A DNA stretch of 64,000 nucleotides from sequence record NC_019505.1, one strand, 5' to 3'. This stretch comes from Escherichia phage wV7. Numbering within the stretch: position 1 is the first letter of the stretch; each line of letters begins with the position of its first letter. The notes beneath the pieces are model-generated. The model was not told the origin of the DNA, made no database searches, and saw only the letters and a program-made list of their open reading frames with translations. Made by a program: the position numbers and the translations under genes. Shown here piece by piece: positions 9,247-17,966 of the stretch.

Positions 9247-10566
9247 TCACACATAAAATACGTCATAACGACCACGGGTAACACCAACATAAAGAAGTTG
9301 TTGAGCCAATTCAGCATCTGCATAATGAATACAAGGCGTATAAATGAAAGCACGGTCTACAGACATACCCTGAGCTTTATGGAATGTTGATGCAGGAAGT
9401 GCTTTCACTTTACTAAACTGTGATTTAGCATCCCAAAAATCACTCCACGGAGCTTTTCCGCCTTTGTTCCAATTTTTATAAGTTTCTGCCGTTTTACCTA
9501 AAAACAGGTTAAACTTATATAGCTCTTCATCAGATGAAATTATTTTAATCTTTTCACGATAATATTCATCATCGCCATAAGTTTCTACTGTTAAATCCCA
9601 ATGACGAATTAAGTATTCTCCAGGAACACCACGGGCTTTAACAAACGTTGATGTATACTCTGCTTCTATAATACGAACTAATTGTCCGTTATTAAAAATA
9701 ATTTCTGACACAGGCTTTCCATCAATTTTATATGTTTTAATTAATGGTTCCTGCATTACAATAATTTCACCTACAATAAAATCTTTATCAGTTTCAAAAA
9801 TCTTTTTACGAATAATGCTATTTAACTTGTCAACAGATTTATTCGTAAATGCCATTACGCGATTTTCAAACAAATCATCTAGAGATTTGACGATTGAAAA
9901 ATAATTTACCATAAAATCGCGTAAAGCGGTATCACCAGTAAATCCACGTACTCCATGCCCGTCAACAACTTTATCATAAATCCACTTACCGTTACGAACG
10001 TCAGTAGCTACATCAATAATAGGAGCATTACTGCGTTTAACTTCAGTGAGTTCACACTGATAAAAATCTTTGTGTGTAAAGAATGGACTGATATAAGCAG
10101 TATTTTCTCCTGGATCAACAGGTCTAATTTGCTTATTATCACCTATTCCAATTATAGTACACCAAGGTGGAATAGTTGAAAGCAGAATTTTAAATAGCTT
10201 TCTATCATACATTGACACTTCGTCGCAGATTAATACCCTGCATTTAGCTAAATCTGGTACTTCCTTCTGTTCAAAAAGAACGTTTTCTTCATACGTAACT
10301 GGGTTAATTTTAAGAATACTGTGAATAGTACTCGCTTCTTTCCCCGACAGTTTTGAAAGAATCTTTTTAGCTGCATGTGTAGGAGCTGCCAAAATGATAC
10401 CAGTTTCGCCTGTTGATATTAAAGCTTCAATGATGAACTTAGTAAGAGTAGTCTTACCAGTACCAGCAGGTCCATTAATAGTTACATGATGTTTCTTTTC
10501 TTTAATAGCCCTCATAACGATGTTAAAGGCATTTTTCTGGCCTTCTGTCAAATCATCAAATGTCAT
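9247..10566 (-). CDS. dda: Dda DNA helicase (SF1)
   Basis: 439 aa; Walker A GPAGTGKTT; length as T4 Dda. Confidence 0.9.
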   Translation of the reverse strand: MTFDDLTEGQKNAFNIVMRAIKEKKHHVTINGPAGTGKTTLTKFIIEALISTGETGIILAAPTHAAKKILSKLSGKEASTIHSILKINPVTYEENVLFEQKEVPDLAKCRVLICDEVSMYDRKLFKILLSTIPPWCTIIGIGDNKQIRPVDPGENTAYISPFFTHKDFYQCELTEVKRSNAPIIDVATDVRNGKWIYDKVVDGHGVRGFTGDTALRDFMVNYFSIVKSLDDLFENRVMAFTNKSVDKLNSIIRKKIFETDKDFIVGEIIVMQEPLIKTYKIDGKPVSEIIFNNGQLVRIIEAEYTSTFVKARGVPGEYLIRHWDLTVETYGDDEYYREKIKIISSDEELYKFNLFLGKTAETYKNWNKGGKAPWSDFWDAKSQFSKVKALPASTFHKAQGMSVDRAFIYTPCIHYADAELAQQLLYVGVTRGRYDVFYV

Positions 10567-10874
10567 CGGAAAGTCCCTGCAATTGGAATACTAACAATAC
10601 GCCCAGTATCTAGAATTCGTTGATATAATCTTTGTGTATCTACATCAGGCTTAACATGTTTAACTTCTATTTTATTAAACCAAAACTTGCGTGGAGTCTC
10701 AACTAGTCTTGGAATTCCCATACCTAAAGCTAGTTTATATTGGTCTTTAAGAGTAGTAAAAACTCTATCAGCAATCTCTCTTTCAAAAAACACAGCAGGA
10801 CGATGTTCATCAAGCGGAACTGGCGCCGTAAATCCGTCTTTGTCTCGGTAAACTATCGCATATACATAAACCAT
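10563..10874 (-). CDS. hypothetical protein (dda.1 position)
   Basis: 103 aa; ATGA overlap with dda start. Confidence 0.5.
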   Translation of the reverse strand: MVYVYAIVYRDKDGFTAPVPLDEHRPAVFFEREIADRVFTTLKDQYKLALGMGIPRLVETPRKFWFNKIEVKHVKPDVDTQRLYQRILDTGRIVSIPIAGTFR

Positions 10875-10875
10875 A

Positions 10876-11622
10876 TTATCCTCGGATAAGTTTAAAAATT
10901 GAACAATTCAGCGGATATCCTCTTTTCAGTTTAAGTTTATCAATAAAAGACAAGTTTTGATACCGCTCTACACCTTGAATAATTTTATCACACATATCAT
11001 ATTGCATTTCTGCTTCTGACAACTTTTTCACAGTTTTCCAATCCGAGCCTTTAAGAAGAACGTTCAATTTAACAACTTCAGCGCCTTCTGCTATACGAGA
11101 ACCATCAATACGAGCTTTAAGTGCTATAATTCTTAGCTTAATGTCAGATGTCTGTTTTGATTTAGAAAGCTGAGAAATGTGTTCAATTCGGTTTTCACGT
11201 TTTTTCTGTATAGCTTTAATTTGATTATAAGTCTTTTTGATTTTAGCCCATTTCTTTTCATCTAAATTTAGTTTATGAACTTTTTTCGCAGATGAACGAC
11301 CAATTCGCAAAGCAAATAAATCACGCTTTTCAATCAACTCTTCTAAAGTATAATCAGAACGAAATGTATTATACTTTTTCTTTACTGCAATAACATTCCC
11401 TTTAATGTATCCAATGTTATTATCAAAACGTTCTAATGATAATTTCTCTCCTTCAATACGATTATCAAAAGGTTCTCCCGAGTAAGCACAAACTTTTTGA
11501 TCTAAAATGTTCTTAATGTAATTGAAGTCTAAGTTAAAATCTTTAGAACGTCTTTTTGCAGATGCCTGAGTATGCTCTAAACGACGTTTAATTTTACGAA
11601 TTTGGTTATTAGACAGTTTCAT
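10876..11622 (-). CDS. srd: Srd-like basic protein
   Basis: 248 aa, lysine/arginine-rich; position downstream of modA as T4 srd; assignment positional. Confidence 0.5.
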   Translation of the reverse strand: MKLSNNQIRKIKRRLEHTQASAKRRSKDFNLDFNYIKNILDQKVCAYSGEPFDNRIEGEKLSLERFDNNIGYIKGNVIAVKKKYNTFRSDYTLEELIEKRDLFALRIGRSSAKKVHKLNLDEKKWAKIKKTYNQIKAIQKKRENRIEHISQLSKSKQTSDIKLRIIALKARIDGSRIAEGAEVVKLNVLLKGSDWKTVKKLSEAEMQYDMCDKIIQGVERYQNLSFIDKLKLKRGYPLNCSIFKLIRG

Positions 11623-11652
11623 ATTTTTCTCACGGACGGTTAACTTACTTAT

Positions 11653-11682
11653 ACTATATCATTTTTACTTCAGCTTGTAAAC
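11653..11682 (-). promoter_or_regulatory. T4-type early promoter
   Basis: GTTTAC ... TATAGT upstream of srd. Confidence 0.55.
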
Positions 11683-11738
11683 AACTTTATGTAAAATGCT
11701 TTAAAACTTTCGTGGTATAATGAATCTAAGTCCTTCCA

Positions 11739-12341
11739 TTATAGATTAAATCCTTCAAAATCAAGAGTATAGATAGTGTATGTTGAATACTTTTTATACT
11801 CATATCTATCTGCAATTCTAAATACACTTCCAGCTGGTATCATTACTTCTTGTTCATCTGAAACTAATTCCATATTACGATAACGATGGCTATCCGGAAA
11901 CTTAAAGTTTGGATTGTATTCTTTACAGCGTAGAGCTTTTATAGCATACTCCTGGAAATTGAATACCATAGGAGCTTTGAATTCAAAAATAACCTGTGTG
12001 TTATACTCTAAACCGGAAGCAAAATGTAGAGCTATATTTTTATCATATGAAGCTGATACGACTTTATCAAATGTAATAATATCAATTCCTTGATTTAACA
12101 CCTGCTTAGTCTCAGCTGGAACACCTCTCCAAAGAGGTTTATCGTTTGGAACCAAACGAGATTTGATTATTTCATTTAACCAAGTATGGTCATCTGGCTT
12201 ATTGGTAATACAATGAATTAAAAGTTCAATTTCAGATAAATTAAACCCTTCAGAAAGCAATTCTTCACGAATAGAAGCACGCACCGATGCATCCATTGAT
12301 TTTATTTTAAAATCTTTTAGTTGCATTACTGAGTATTTCAT
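11739..12341 (-). CDS. modA: ADP-ribosyltransferase ModA
   Basis: 200 aa; R-S-E class ART motifs LWRG, SAS, EQEVMIP; paralog of upstream gene. Confidence 0.8.
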   Translation of the reverse strand: MKYSVMQLKDFKIKSMDASVRASIREELLSEGFNLSEIELLIHCITNKPDDHTWLNEIIKSRLVPNDKPLWRGVPAETKQVLNQGIDIITFDKVVSASYDKNIALHFASGLEYNTQVIFEFKAPMVFNFQEYAIKALRCKEYNPNFKFPDSHRYRNMELVSDEQEVMIPAGSVFRIADRYEYKKYSTYTIYTLDFEGFNL

Positions 12342-12961
12342 TCAACTACCTCAATATCATAAACTTTAAATGTTCCAAATGAATCGTGTAATTTTTCTTT
12401 TGAAATAGAAGTTATTCTATACTTTCTAATTGGAATCATCCATTCTTGTTCATGTACAATCATCATTAAGTTATCAGTTCTTTCTGAATCTAACCCATCA
12501 GTATCTTCATACGTGTACTTAAACTCAGTATTAGGAGAAGAAAGTATAATATCGCTGATATGGTCAGAATAATTAAAAGCTTTATCAGTTTTTAAACGAA
12601 GTATTGTTTCAGTGAAATATTCAGCATAAGAAAAAGAACACGCTGTATGCAAACTAGTAGTAAATGAATCTACCCTGTTCGTTGAAAACACTTCTCCAAC
12701 TTGTAAATCTTTAATAAGTTCTTTTGTCGATTTTGATATACCACGATATAGCTGATAAGGTGATTTAGTTAAATGCTTTTTAACGATTTTATTCAACTGC
12801 CGATGAAGAGCTTCATTCTTTTTGGCTTCCATACATTGCCAAAGAACAGACTGCTCAAAGTCAGTAAATTTTTCACAGACCTTTTTATACATATCATATT
12901 GAAAATCAACGTTTTCAGCTTTTATAGATAACTGTTCAACATCTGCAGGATTAATAATCAT
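12338..12961 (-). CDS. modB: ADP-ribosyltransferase ModB
   Basis: 207 aa; LYRG, FSTN, EQEWMIP motifs; ATGA-type overlap with modA. Confidence 0.8.
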   Translation of the reverse strand: MIINPADVEQLSIKAENVDFQYDMYKKVCEKFTDFEQSVLWQCMEAKKNEALHRQLNKIVKKHLTKSPYQLYRGISKSTKELIKDLQVGEVFSTNRVDSFTTSLHTACSFSYAEYFTETILRLKTDKAFNYSDHISDIILSSPNTEFKYTYEDTDGLDSERTDNLMMIVHEQEWMIPIRKYRITSISKEKLHDSFGTFKVYDIEVVE

Positions 12962-12988
12962 GATAGCCTCCGTATACTTCAGAAGCTA

Positions 12989-13017
12989 TCATATCATCGT
13001 TAGAAAGGAAAGTAAAC
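12989..13017 (-). promoter_or_regulatory. T4-type early promoter
   Basis: GTTTAC ... TATGAT upstream of modB. Confidence 0.55.
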
Positions 13018-13028
13018 AACTTTTTGAA

Positions 13029-13211
13029 TTATTTTGCCCAGGGAGCCCAAGGCGGAGGGTCAAGATGGTATGAAGCTAGTTCTTCTAGAAGAGCATCTGG
13101 GGCTTCAATTCCATAATTCTGTAATACTATACGGTACTCTTTCTTATAATCACTAGAATCATTCTGGATATTCGTAGAATGATTATCTTCTAACATCTCA
13201 AATAAATCCAT
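13029..13211 (-). CDS. small hypothetical protein
   Basis: 60-aa ORF. Confidence 0.4.
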   Translation of the reverse strand: MDLFEMLEDNHSTNIQNDSSDYKKEYRIVLQNYGIEAPDALLEELASYHLDPPPWAPWAK

Positions 13212-13219
13212 ACTAATTC

Positions 13220-13690
13220 CTAGCGATAAAAACCAAATTGACGATTAGCTTCAATAATCTTTCTTTCTTCTTCGGACATTCTCCAGCGTAGTCCAACATC
13301 AAAATGAGCCCAGACCATCTTAACAAATGCATTTATATCTTTAATATCTTCAATAATGAATGTTTTACTTTTAAAAGGCTGACTCGCTAATTTAACTTTA
13401 TCATCTTCAAACAGGTCAAAAAGACCATATTCATGAGCTCTTTTATAGCCTTTAATAGTTAAAGCTTCAGAAGAAGAAAACGGTGAATCAGTATTCTGCA
13501 AAATATCTTCAGTATGCTTTATAATTAGAATAACATTTTCTGGATATTTTCTTTCTTTTATATCTTTAATTAAAAAATCCGGATTTTCTGCTAAAGGAAT
13601 AATCAATGAGCATTTTTTATCAAGTGTATTTACTGATTTACCTTCTTTGGACATAAATTCTATTGAATAATGTTTTGCTACTTCAATCAT
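13220..13690 (-). CDS. hypothetical protein
   Basis: 156-aa ORF. Confidence 0.5.
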   Translation of the reverse strand: MIEVAKHYSIEFMSKEGKSVNTLDKKCSLIIPLAENPDFLIKDIKERKYPENVILIIKHTEDILQNTDSPFSSSEALTIKGYKRAHEYGLFDLFEDDKVKLASQPFKSKTFIIEDIKDINAFVKMVWAHFDVGLRWRMSEEERKIIEANRQFGFYR

Positions 13691-13847
13691 GTGATTTCCT
13701 TTTGCCTACTAATGGACCGTCAGGAATTTTATTTTCCTGGATATATTTCTCATTTTCTTCCATCATTTTACTGCCAATTTTAAGAAGCAAATCCATTGCT
13801 TCATTTGCTTTAGCCTTTGCCTCTTCTAACGTCATATCTTTGGTCAT
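13683..13847 (-). CDS. small hypothetical protein (54 aa)
   Basis: Manual call [21 protein letters not shown]...; ATGA overlaps at both ends; coordinates approximate. Confidence 0.3.
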   Translation of the reverse strand: MTKDMTLEEAKAKANEAMDLLLKIGSKMMEENEKYIQENKIPDGPLVGKRKSHD

Positions 13848-14047
13848 GATTTATCACCATAGATGTCTCTCATCAATTTAAGCGCTGAGCGTTCTAATTT
13901 CTTTTCTTTCTCAGCACTAATCATTGATTTCATCCATTCTTCTGACTCGTTCTGCATTTCTTTATTTGCTTGTTCAACCCAACCATCATCAATATACATT
14001 GAGTTTGGTCTATTGAACCATTCAAGCATTTTCTTCAGAACTTTCAT
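13844..14047 (-). CDS. small hypothetical protein
   Basis: 67-aa ORF. Confidence 0.45.
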   Translation of the reverse strand: MKVLKKMLEWFNRPNSMYIDDGWVEQANKEMQNESEEWMKSMISAEKEKKLERSALKLMRDIYGDKS

Positions 14048-14507
14048 TTGTTTTACCTAAAACAATAGTATGGACACCGTCAAATTCATGAATTTTTAGC
14101 AAATTTGGATTTAAATTATTCCATAAAGAGGTAATAAAATATGATAGCGCACTTTCGTCCGTAATTATAAATTTATTTCCTTTATCTATTTTCCAATCAT
14201 ATATTGAATCATATGAATAGAAGGATAACGGTTTATTATTATAATATGCTTCAGCAACATCAATATAGTTAGATTTAGTAAATGCTTGAATTGCCATAAA
14301 TGGAGAATTTTGTACAGTTTCAATAATTCCGATCTTTTTAAGTTTTATTTCAACATCTTCTGGAACTGGCATTGAAATAAAATCTTCTACTAGATACATG
14401 TCATTGTCATATCTTTTATCAATCATTACTGCTACTGTAATTGGAACATCCTTGACAAACGCCATACTAATACTATTGATAGACATTTCAAACAAAATTG
14501 CTTCCAT
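14022..14507 (-). CDS. hypothetical protein (mrh position)
   Basis: 161 aa from M5; size and position resemble T4 mrh; not sequence-verified. Confidence 0.45.
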   Translation of the reverse strand: MEAILFEMSINSISMAFVKDVPITVAVMIDKRYDNDMYLVEDFISMPVPEDVEIKLKKIGIIETVQNSPFMAIQAFTKSNYIDVAEAYYNNKPLSFYSYDSIYDWKIDKGNKFIITDESALSYFITSLWNNLNPNLLKIHEFDGVHTIVLGKTNESSEENA

Positions 14508-14515
14508 AATTTTCC

Positions 14516-14857
14516 TCAATCACAAGATGTAGATGAACAACTAGAATCACAAGAACTTCCACATGAATCGCCCGTCCATACATGAACAGGAACATTAGTA
14601 TCATATGAATCAGAACTAGACTGTGTATTCTGTGCATTAGATGATGTAGTAGGTACTGACCAGCGCCAAGGATTTTTATAATATTCTTGGGCTTCTTCAT
14701 AAGTCATAGTAACTGCTTCTACTGTTCCATCTCCCATATAAACATACTCAACTACAGTTAAAGGAAGATAGTCATTTGAAATAGGAACTACACCTTCCCC
14801 CGGAGTTGTAGAGAAAAAATCTGTAAAGAAATTTTTAAACCAATTAAAGATAAACAT
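14516..14857 (-). CDS. hypothetical protein with Cys/Ser-rich C-terminal tail
   Basis: 113 aa ending [17 protein letters not shown]. Confidence 0.5.
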   Translation of the reverse strand: MFIFNWFKNFFTDFFSTTPGEGVVPISNDYLPLTVVEYVYMGDGTVEAVTMTYEEAQEYYKNPWRWSVPTTSSNAQNTQSSSDSYDTNVPVHVWTGDSCGSSCDSSCSSTSCD

Positions 14858-15063
14858 TACAAAAAGCCTCTTTTGAATTCGACTTGCTTCTCGCCATAAT
14901 CATATCGAATCTCTGCATTAAATTCGACAGAACCATCTGCGTACATCATAAATGAATGCACAACAACTTCTGTGGACCATGGCTGCAGTTCATATTTCTT
15001 CATTACATGCCGTGAAATGATAATATCTAAATCTTCATTTGGTTTAATCCAACGATTTAACAT
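14857..15063 (-). CDS. small hypothetical protein
   Basis: 68 aa; early promoter upstream. Confidence 0.45.
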   Translation of the reverse strand: MLNRWIKPNEDLDIIISRHVMKKYELQPWSTEVVVHSFMMYADGSVEFNAEIRYDYGEKQVEFKRGFL

Positions 15064-15089
15064 AGTGCTCTCCTCTATAAGATAATTTT

Positions 15090-15119
15090 ATTATACCATA
15101 CTCATTTTGGAAAGTAAAC
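15090..15119 (-). promoter_or_regulatory. T4-type early promoter
   Basis: GTTTAC ... TGGTATAAT upstream of 14857..15063. Confidence 0.6.
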
Positions 15120-15127
15120 CGGTAAAA

Positions 15128-15155
15128 TGAAAAAAGGACTCCCTAGGGAGTCCTT
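15128..15155 (-). terminator. intrinsic terminator downstream of soc
   Basis: Palindrome AGGACTCCCTAGGGAGTCCT then U6 on minus-strand RNA. Confidence 0.65.
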
Positions 15156-15161
15156 GAATTA

Positions 15162-15398
15162 TTAACCACCTATTTCTGTAGGCGTAAACATTGCAGCATT
15201 CTTAGTTTTCCAAGTTGCTGCATCGGAAACTACATCAGAATAAGCTGCTTTTTCTGACGGAAAGATTTGATAATGAGAATCTGCAATACGATGCTCGTTA
15301 GAATAGATTTCAAACGGAACAGAAACTTCCATACCTTTAACTTCTTTGCCTTCACCTGCTGGATGAGTAAAGGTCTTGATGTTAACGAAACCACCCAT
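15162..15398 (-). CDS. soc: small outer capsid protein Soc
   Basis: 78 aa; YVNIKTF and HYQIFPSEKAAYS blocks resemble T4 Soc; TATAAATA late promoter upstream. Confidence 0.7.
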   Translation of the reverse strand: MGGFVNIKTFTHPAGEGKEVKGMEVSVPFEIYSNEHRIADSHYQIFPSEKAAYSDVVSDAATWKTKNAAMFTPTEIGG

Positions 15399-15429
15399 AA
15401 TAAACTCCTTTATTGTTTAATTACAGGTG

Positions 15430-15437
15430 TATTTATA
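15430..15437 (-). promoter_or_regulatory. late promoter (soc)
   Basis: Exact TATAAATA on minus strand ~30 nt upstream of soc ATG. Confidence 0.65.
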
Positions 15438-15579
15438 ACTTACAATTTAGCGGCTTTCCAGAGTTGTTCAATAATCTCTTGGTCTATTTCTTTAGTTATT
15501 TCATTACGTAATAAAGCAATAAGGGCTTTCGCCCTTTTCTTATTCAACTTTTTGAGTTGACGTTTATTTAAACGAGACA

Positions 15580-16098
15580 TTAATAACCTCGGTCCTGACG
15601 AGCAAAGTTCTCGGCATTTTTCAGATAATAAAGTTTAAAGATTTCTTCTGCTGTAAGACCAAGACCTTGGAACATGTTCAGAACGAAATGGAGAATATCA
15701 ATCATTTCAAACTTAATTTCCAGTTGGTCTTGTGGAGACAAATCAGTAATCAGAGTTTCACGACGTTCACCATGCTGCGACTTCCAAGGTTTCCATACAG
15801 CAGATGCGTCTTTTTCACCATTACTCATACCACCAAGAGAAGTCAGAAGTTCACGGAATTCATCATCAATATAATCTTTCTGATTACGCAGCCAATCAAC
15901 AACTTCACCTGCAGTAGCCAAATCATCAGGATGACGGTTATATTCAGGTTTATCTTTAGCTAAACGAACCTGTAAAGATTTCTGCATATCAAGCATAACT
16001 TGCAGCGGGTCTTTTTCATCACCGAGAATATCCCAATATTCATTTTGAGCTTTATCAGCGCCTTCAATCAGTTGTGAACATTCGTTAAAGTAAGCCAT
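15580..16098 (-). CDS. 56: dCTPase/dUTPase gp56 (MazG-like)
   Basis: 172 aa from M32 (MAYFNECSQL); length and sequence match T4 gp56 as recalled. Confidence 0.85.
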   Translation of the reverse strand: MAYFNECSQLIEGADKAQNEYWDILGDEKDPLQVMLDMQKSLQVRLAKDKPEYNRHPDDLATAGEVVDWLRNQKDYIDDEFRELLTSLGGMSNGEKDASAVWKPWKSQHGERRETLITDLSPQDQLEIKFEMIDILHFVLNMFQGLGLTAEEIFKLYYLKNAENFARQDRGY

Positions 16099-16132
16099 TA
16101 TTTTTCCTTTCAATTCATGGGTTAGTAGATTA

Positions 16133-16157
16133 ATTATACAATAAATATATAAAGCAA
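16133..16157 (-). promoter_or_regulatory. MotA-dependent middle promoter candidate (gene 56)
   Basis: MotA box TTGCTTTA, 11-nt spacer, TATAAT. Confidence 0.5.
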
Positions 16158-16169
16158 TAAGGAGGACAT

Positions 16170-16370
16170 ATGGTACAAAAATTAATGGCACTTGTTAATG
16201 CCATCAAAGGTAATAAGAAACGTATAGCTTTTACTATTTCTGCTATGGTAGGAATTTTACTCTGGAACTTTATTTTATCACCAATTGCAATTGCACATGG
16301 TGTTAATATTCCAGTAGTTACTCTTGATACATTTGTAGATTTAGCATTTGCTTTAGTTGGGTTAATTTAA
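16170..16370 (+). CDS. small hydrophobic protein on opposite strand (2 predicted TM segments)
   Basis: 66 aa; AAGGAGG Shine-Dalgarno 5 nt before ATG; convergent with gene 61 with overlapping stops. Confidence 0.4.
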   Translation: MVQKLMALVNAIKGNKKRIAFTISAMVGILLWNFILSPIAIAHGVNIPVVTLDTFVDLAFALVGLI

Positions 16371-17395
16371 ATCTTAGCATATTTAGATAACCGCATTTTA
16401 GCCATCAACCCCTGGGCAATATTATTTTTCATATATTCCATAATTTGTTCAGGGGTTGCACCTTCCTTTCTAATCATATCATTAACATCTTTTGATTTCC
16501 AGGGAGATTTATCCCAAAACATAACCCTTTCTCCTGCATCAACTAATTTAGTCATTCGTTTGATAGTGTCAGGGTGACGAGGTTCATTATCTAAAACCCA
16601 CACTCGTCTATCTTTAAATGGAACAATTTCTAGGTCTAATTGACCGCCAGTAATGGCTATACCATTTTCAATAAAAAGTGAATCTATAGGTCCTTCTAGA
16701 ACATATACATCGCCATCTTTAACTCGTTCGACTCCATATATTTTTGTTGCCTCAGGATAAGCTTTAATGGTGATATATTTTTGAGGAGCATCTTTCTTTA
16801 ATGCACGTCCTTGAAAAGACTCAGCTTTTCCATTAGCATTATAAATTGGAATAACAAGACGAGGCTCAGAAATTTCCTTTTTATATGTTCCTGGTGCTAT
16901 GCTATTAACTAATTTAGGCCATTCAGTTGTAAACCAAAGATATTTCCATTTATCCTTTGGAATACAACGAGCTTTTACGTATTTTATAATTGGATGGTCT
17001 TCCGCCAGTTTATCTAATCTAACACATGACGGAAGAGATTTAATTATTTTCTTCTCAGGTTGTTTAGGAAGTTCTTTAGGTTTTTCTACTGGACGACTTT
17101 TACCTTTTTCTTTTCTTATTTCAAAGATATACTCACGATATAAATCAGGTTCAAACTCCTTTAAATATATTCCGATTGGTGCATGATAGTTACAGTTATA
17201 ACAATGAATATTTCCTTCATTATTATCACCATAATACCATCCACGAGCTTTATTCTGGTCGGTTTTTGAATCTCCACAAACAGGGCATCTAAACCGTAAT
17301 TTAAAAGTTGAACTATTATTTACTTGTGTGAATTTAGGTAAATGAGCTAATGCACGGTATGCAAACTCATTATCAATCCAAGGTATTGATGACAT
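16367..17395 (-). CDS. 61: DNA primase gp61
   Basis: 342 aa; zinc ribbon CPVCGDS...CYNC; TOPRIM-like EGPIDSLF. Confidence 0.9.
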   Translation of the reverse strand: MSSIPWIDNEFAYRALAHLPKFTQVNNSSTFKLRFRCPVCGDSKTDQNKARGWYYGDNNEGNIHCYNCNYHAPIGIYLKEFEPDLYREYIFEIRKEKGKSRPVEKPKELPKQPEKKIIKSLPSCVRLDKLAEDHPIIKYVKARCIPKDKWKYLWFTTEWPKLVNSIAPGTYKKEISEPRLVIPIYNANGKAESFQGRALKKDAPQKYITIKAYPEATKIYGVERVKDGDVYVLEGPIDSLFIENGIAITGGQLDLEIVPFKDRRVWVLDNEPRHPDTIKRMTKLVDAGERVMFWDKSPWKSKDVNDMIRKEGATPEQIMEYMKNNIAQGLMAKMRLSKYAKI

Positions 17396-17397
17396 TT

Positions 17398-17562
17398 TTA
17401 CTCTTCTTTTTCTTTAGATTCCTCTTTTTTCTTTTTAGGAATCTGTTCAGGACCTTTATTTACTACAGCGCCTGATGTTGTTCCAGTAGAGATATTTTCA
17501 GGATTACCACCTGAATCTCCAGCGACCATATCTTCTTTGATAAATTCTTTATATGTTTTCAT
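17398..17562 (-). CDS. small lysine/glutamate-rich protein with capsid-targeting-like N-terminus
   Basis: Manual call, 54 aa: MKTYKEFIKEDMVAGDSGG...KKKKEESKEKEE; N-terminus resembles T4 internal-protein CTS MKTYQEFIAE; coordinates approximate. Confidence 0.35.
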   Translation of the reverse strand: MKTYKEFIKEDMVAGDSGGNPENISTGTTSGAVVNKGPEQIPKKKKEESKEKEE

Positions 17563-17608
17563 ATTAACCTCTATTCATAAAAGCATTAAAAATTTGGTCA
17601 TCAATAGA
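17560..17608. repeat. direct repeat copy 1 (~49 bp)
   Basis: Near-identical to 17918..17966; spans stop of upstream gene and last 13 codons of downstream gene. Confidence 0.6.
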
Positions 17609-17920
17609 TGGAATAGCAACCTTTTCGGCATCATTTAGCAAATCATTAATTTCATCAGATAACATAACATATGTGCCTTTATTTCCTGTAATTGTTACTG
17701 CACAATTACGAACGTTTTCTTTATCAAATTTTAGGTTAATATTTTCGTAGTGAAAATCCTTTAATGCCGAATATATCTTTAAAATGAAATTGTCTTTTAC
17801 TACAATAAACCCAACCTCACTATTAAAACATGGTTCATGGAAACTGTAATAAACCTTTTCATCTATAAAATCGTATGAAATTTTTTCCATTTTTAAATAT
17901 GAAAATTCAGAACTATACAT
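17564..17920 (-). CDS. hypothetical protein (61.x cluster)
   Basis: 118 aa; C-terminus SIDDQIFNAFMNRG shared with upstream neighbour. Confidence 0.5.
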   Translation of the reverse strand: MYSSEFSYLKMEKISYDFIDEKVYYSFHEPCFNSEVGFIVVKDNFILKIYSALKDFHYENINLKFDKENVRNCAVTITGNKGTYVMLSDEINDLLNDAEKVAIPSIDDQIFNAFMNRG

Positions 17921-17966
17921 ATTAACCTTTATTCATAAAAGCATTAAAAATTTGATCGTCAATAGA
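17918..17966. repeat. direct repeat copy 2 (~49 bp)
   Basis: ~4 mismatches to copy 1. Confidence 0.6.

Noticed and set aside
15399-15580. Possible small ORF (~27 aa) immediately downstream of gene 56
   Set aside because: My first reading had a frame error; the correct frame gives only ~27 aa ending in a hairpin, too short and unsupported.
5229-15963. Other plus-strand track ORFs (e.g. 5229..5441, 6284..6742, 6585..6959, 8323..8577, 9955..10179, 13663..13881, 13863..14060, 15267..15560, 15667..15963)
   Set aside because: All lie antisense within minus-strand genes and lack ribosome binding sites and promoters; only 16170..16370 has a strong SD and was kept.
15580-16191. Long N-terminal extension of gp56 (track ORF 203 aa) and similar TTG/GTG-initiated extensions (29205..30179, 37062..37625, 43266..43769, 49912..50499, 55692..55925)
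   Set aside because: The extensions are hydrophobic or translate promoter sequence (e.g. CGTIQLS from TGTGGTACTATACAACTATC) and start at non-ATG codons; internal ATGs with good RBS give the known T4 protein lengths.
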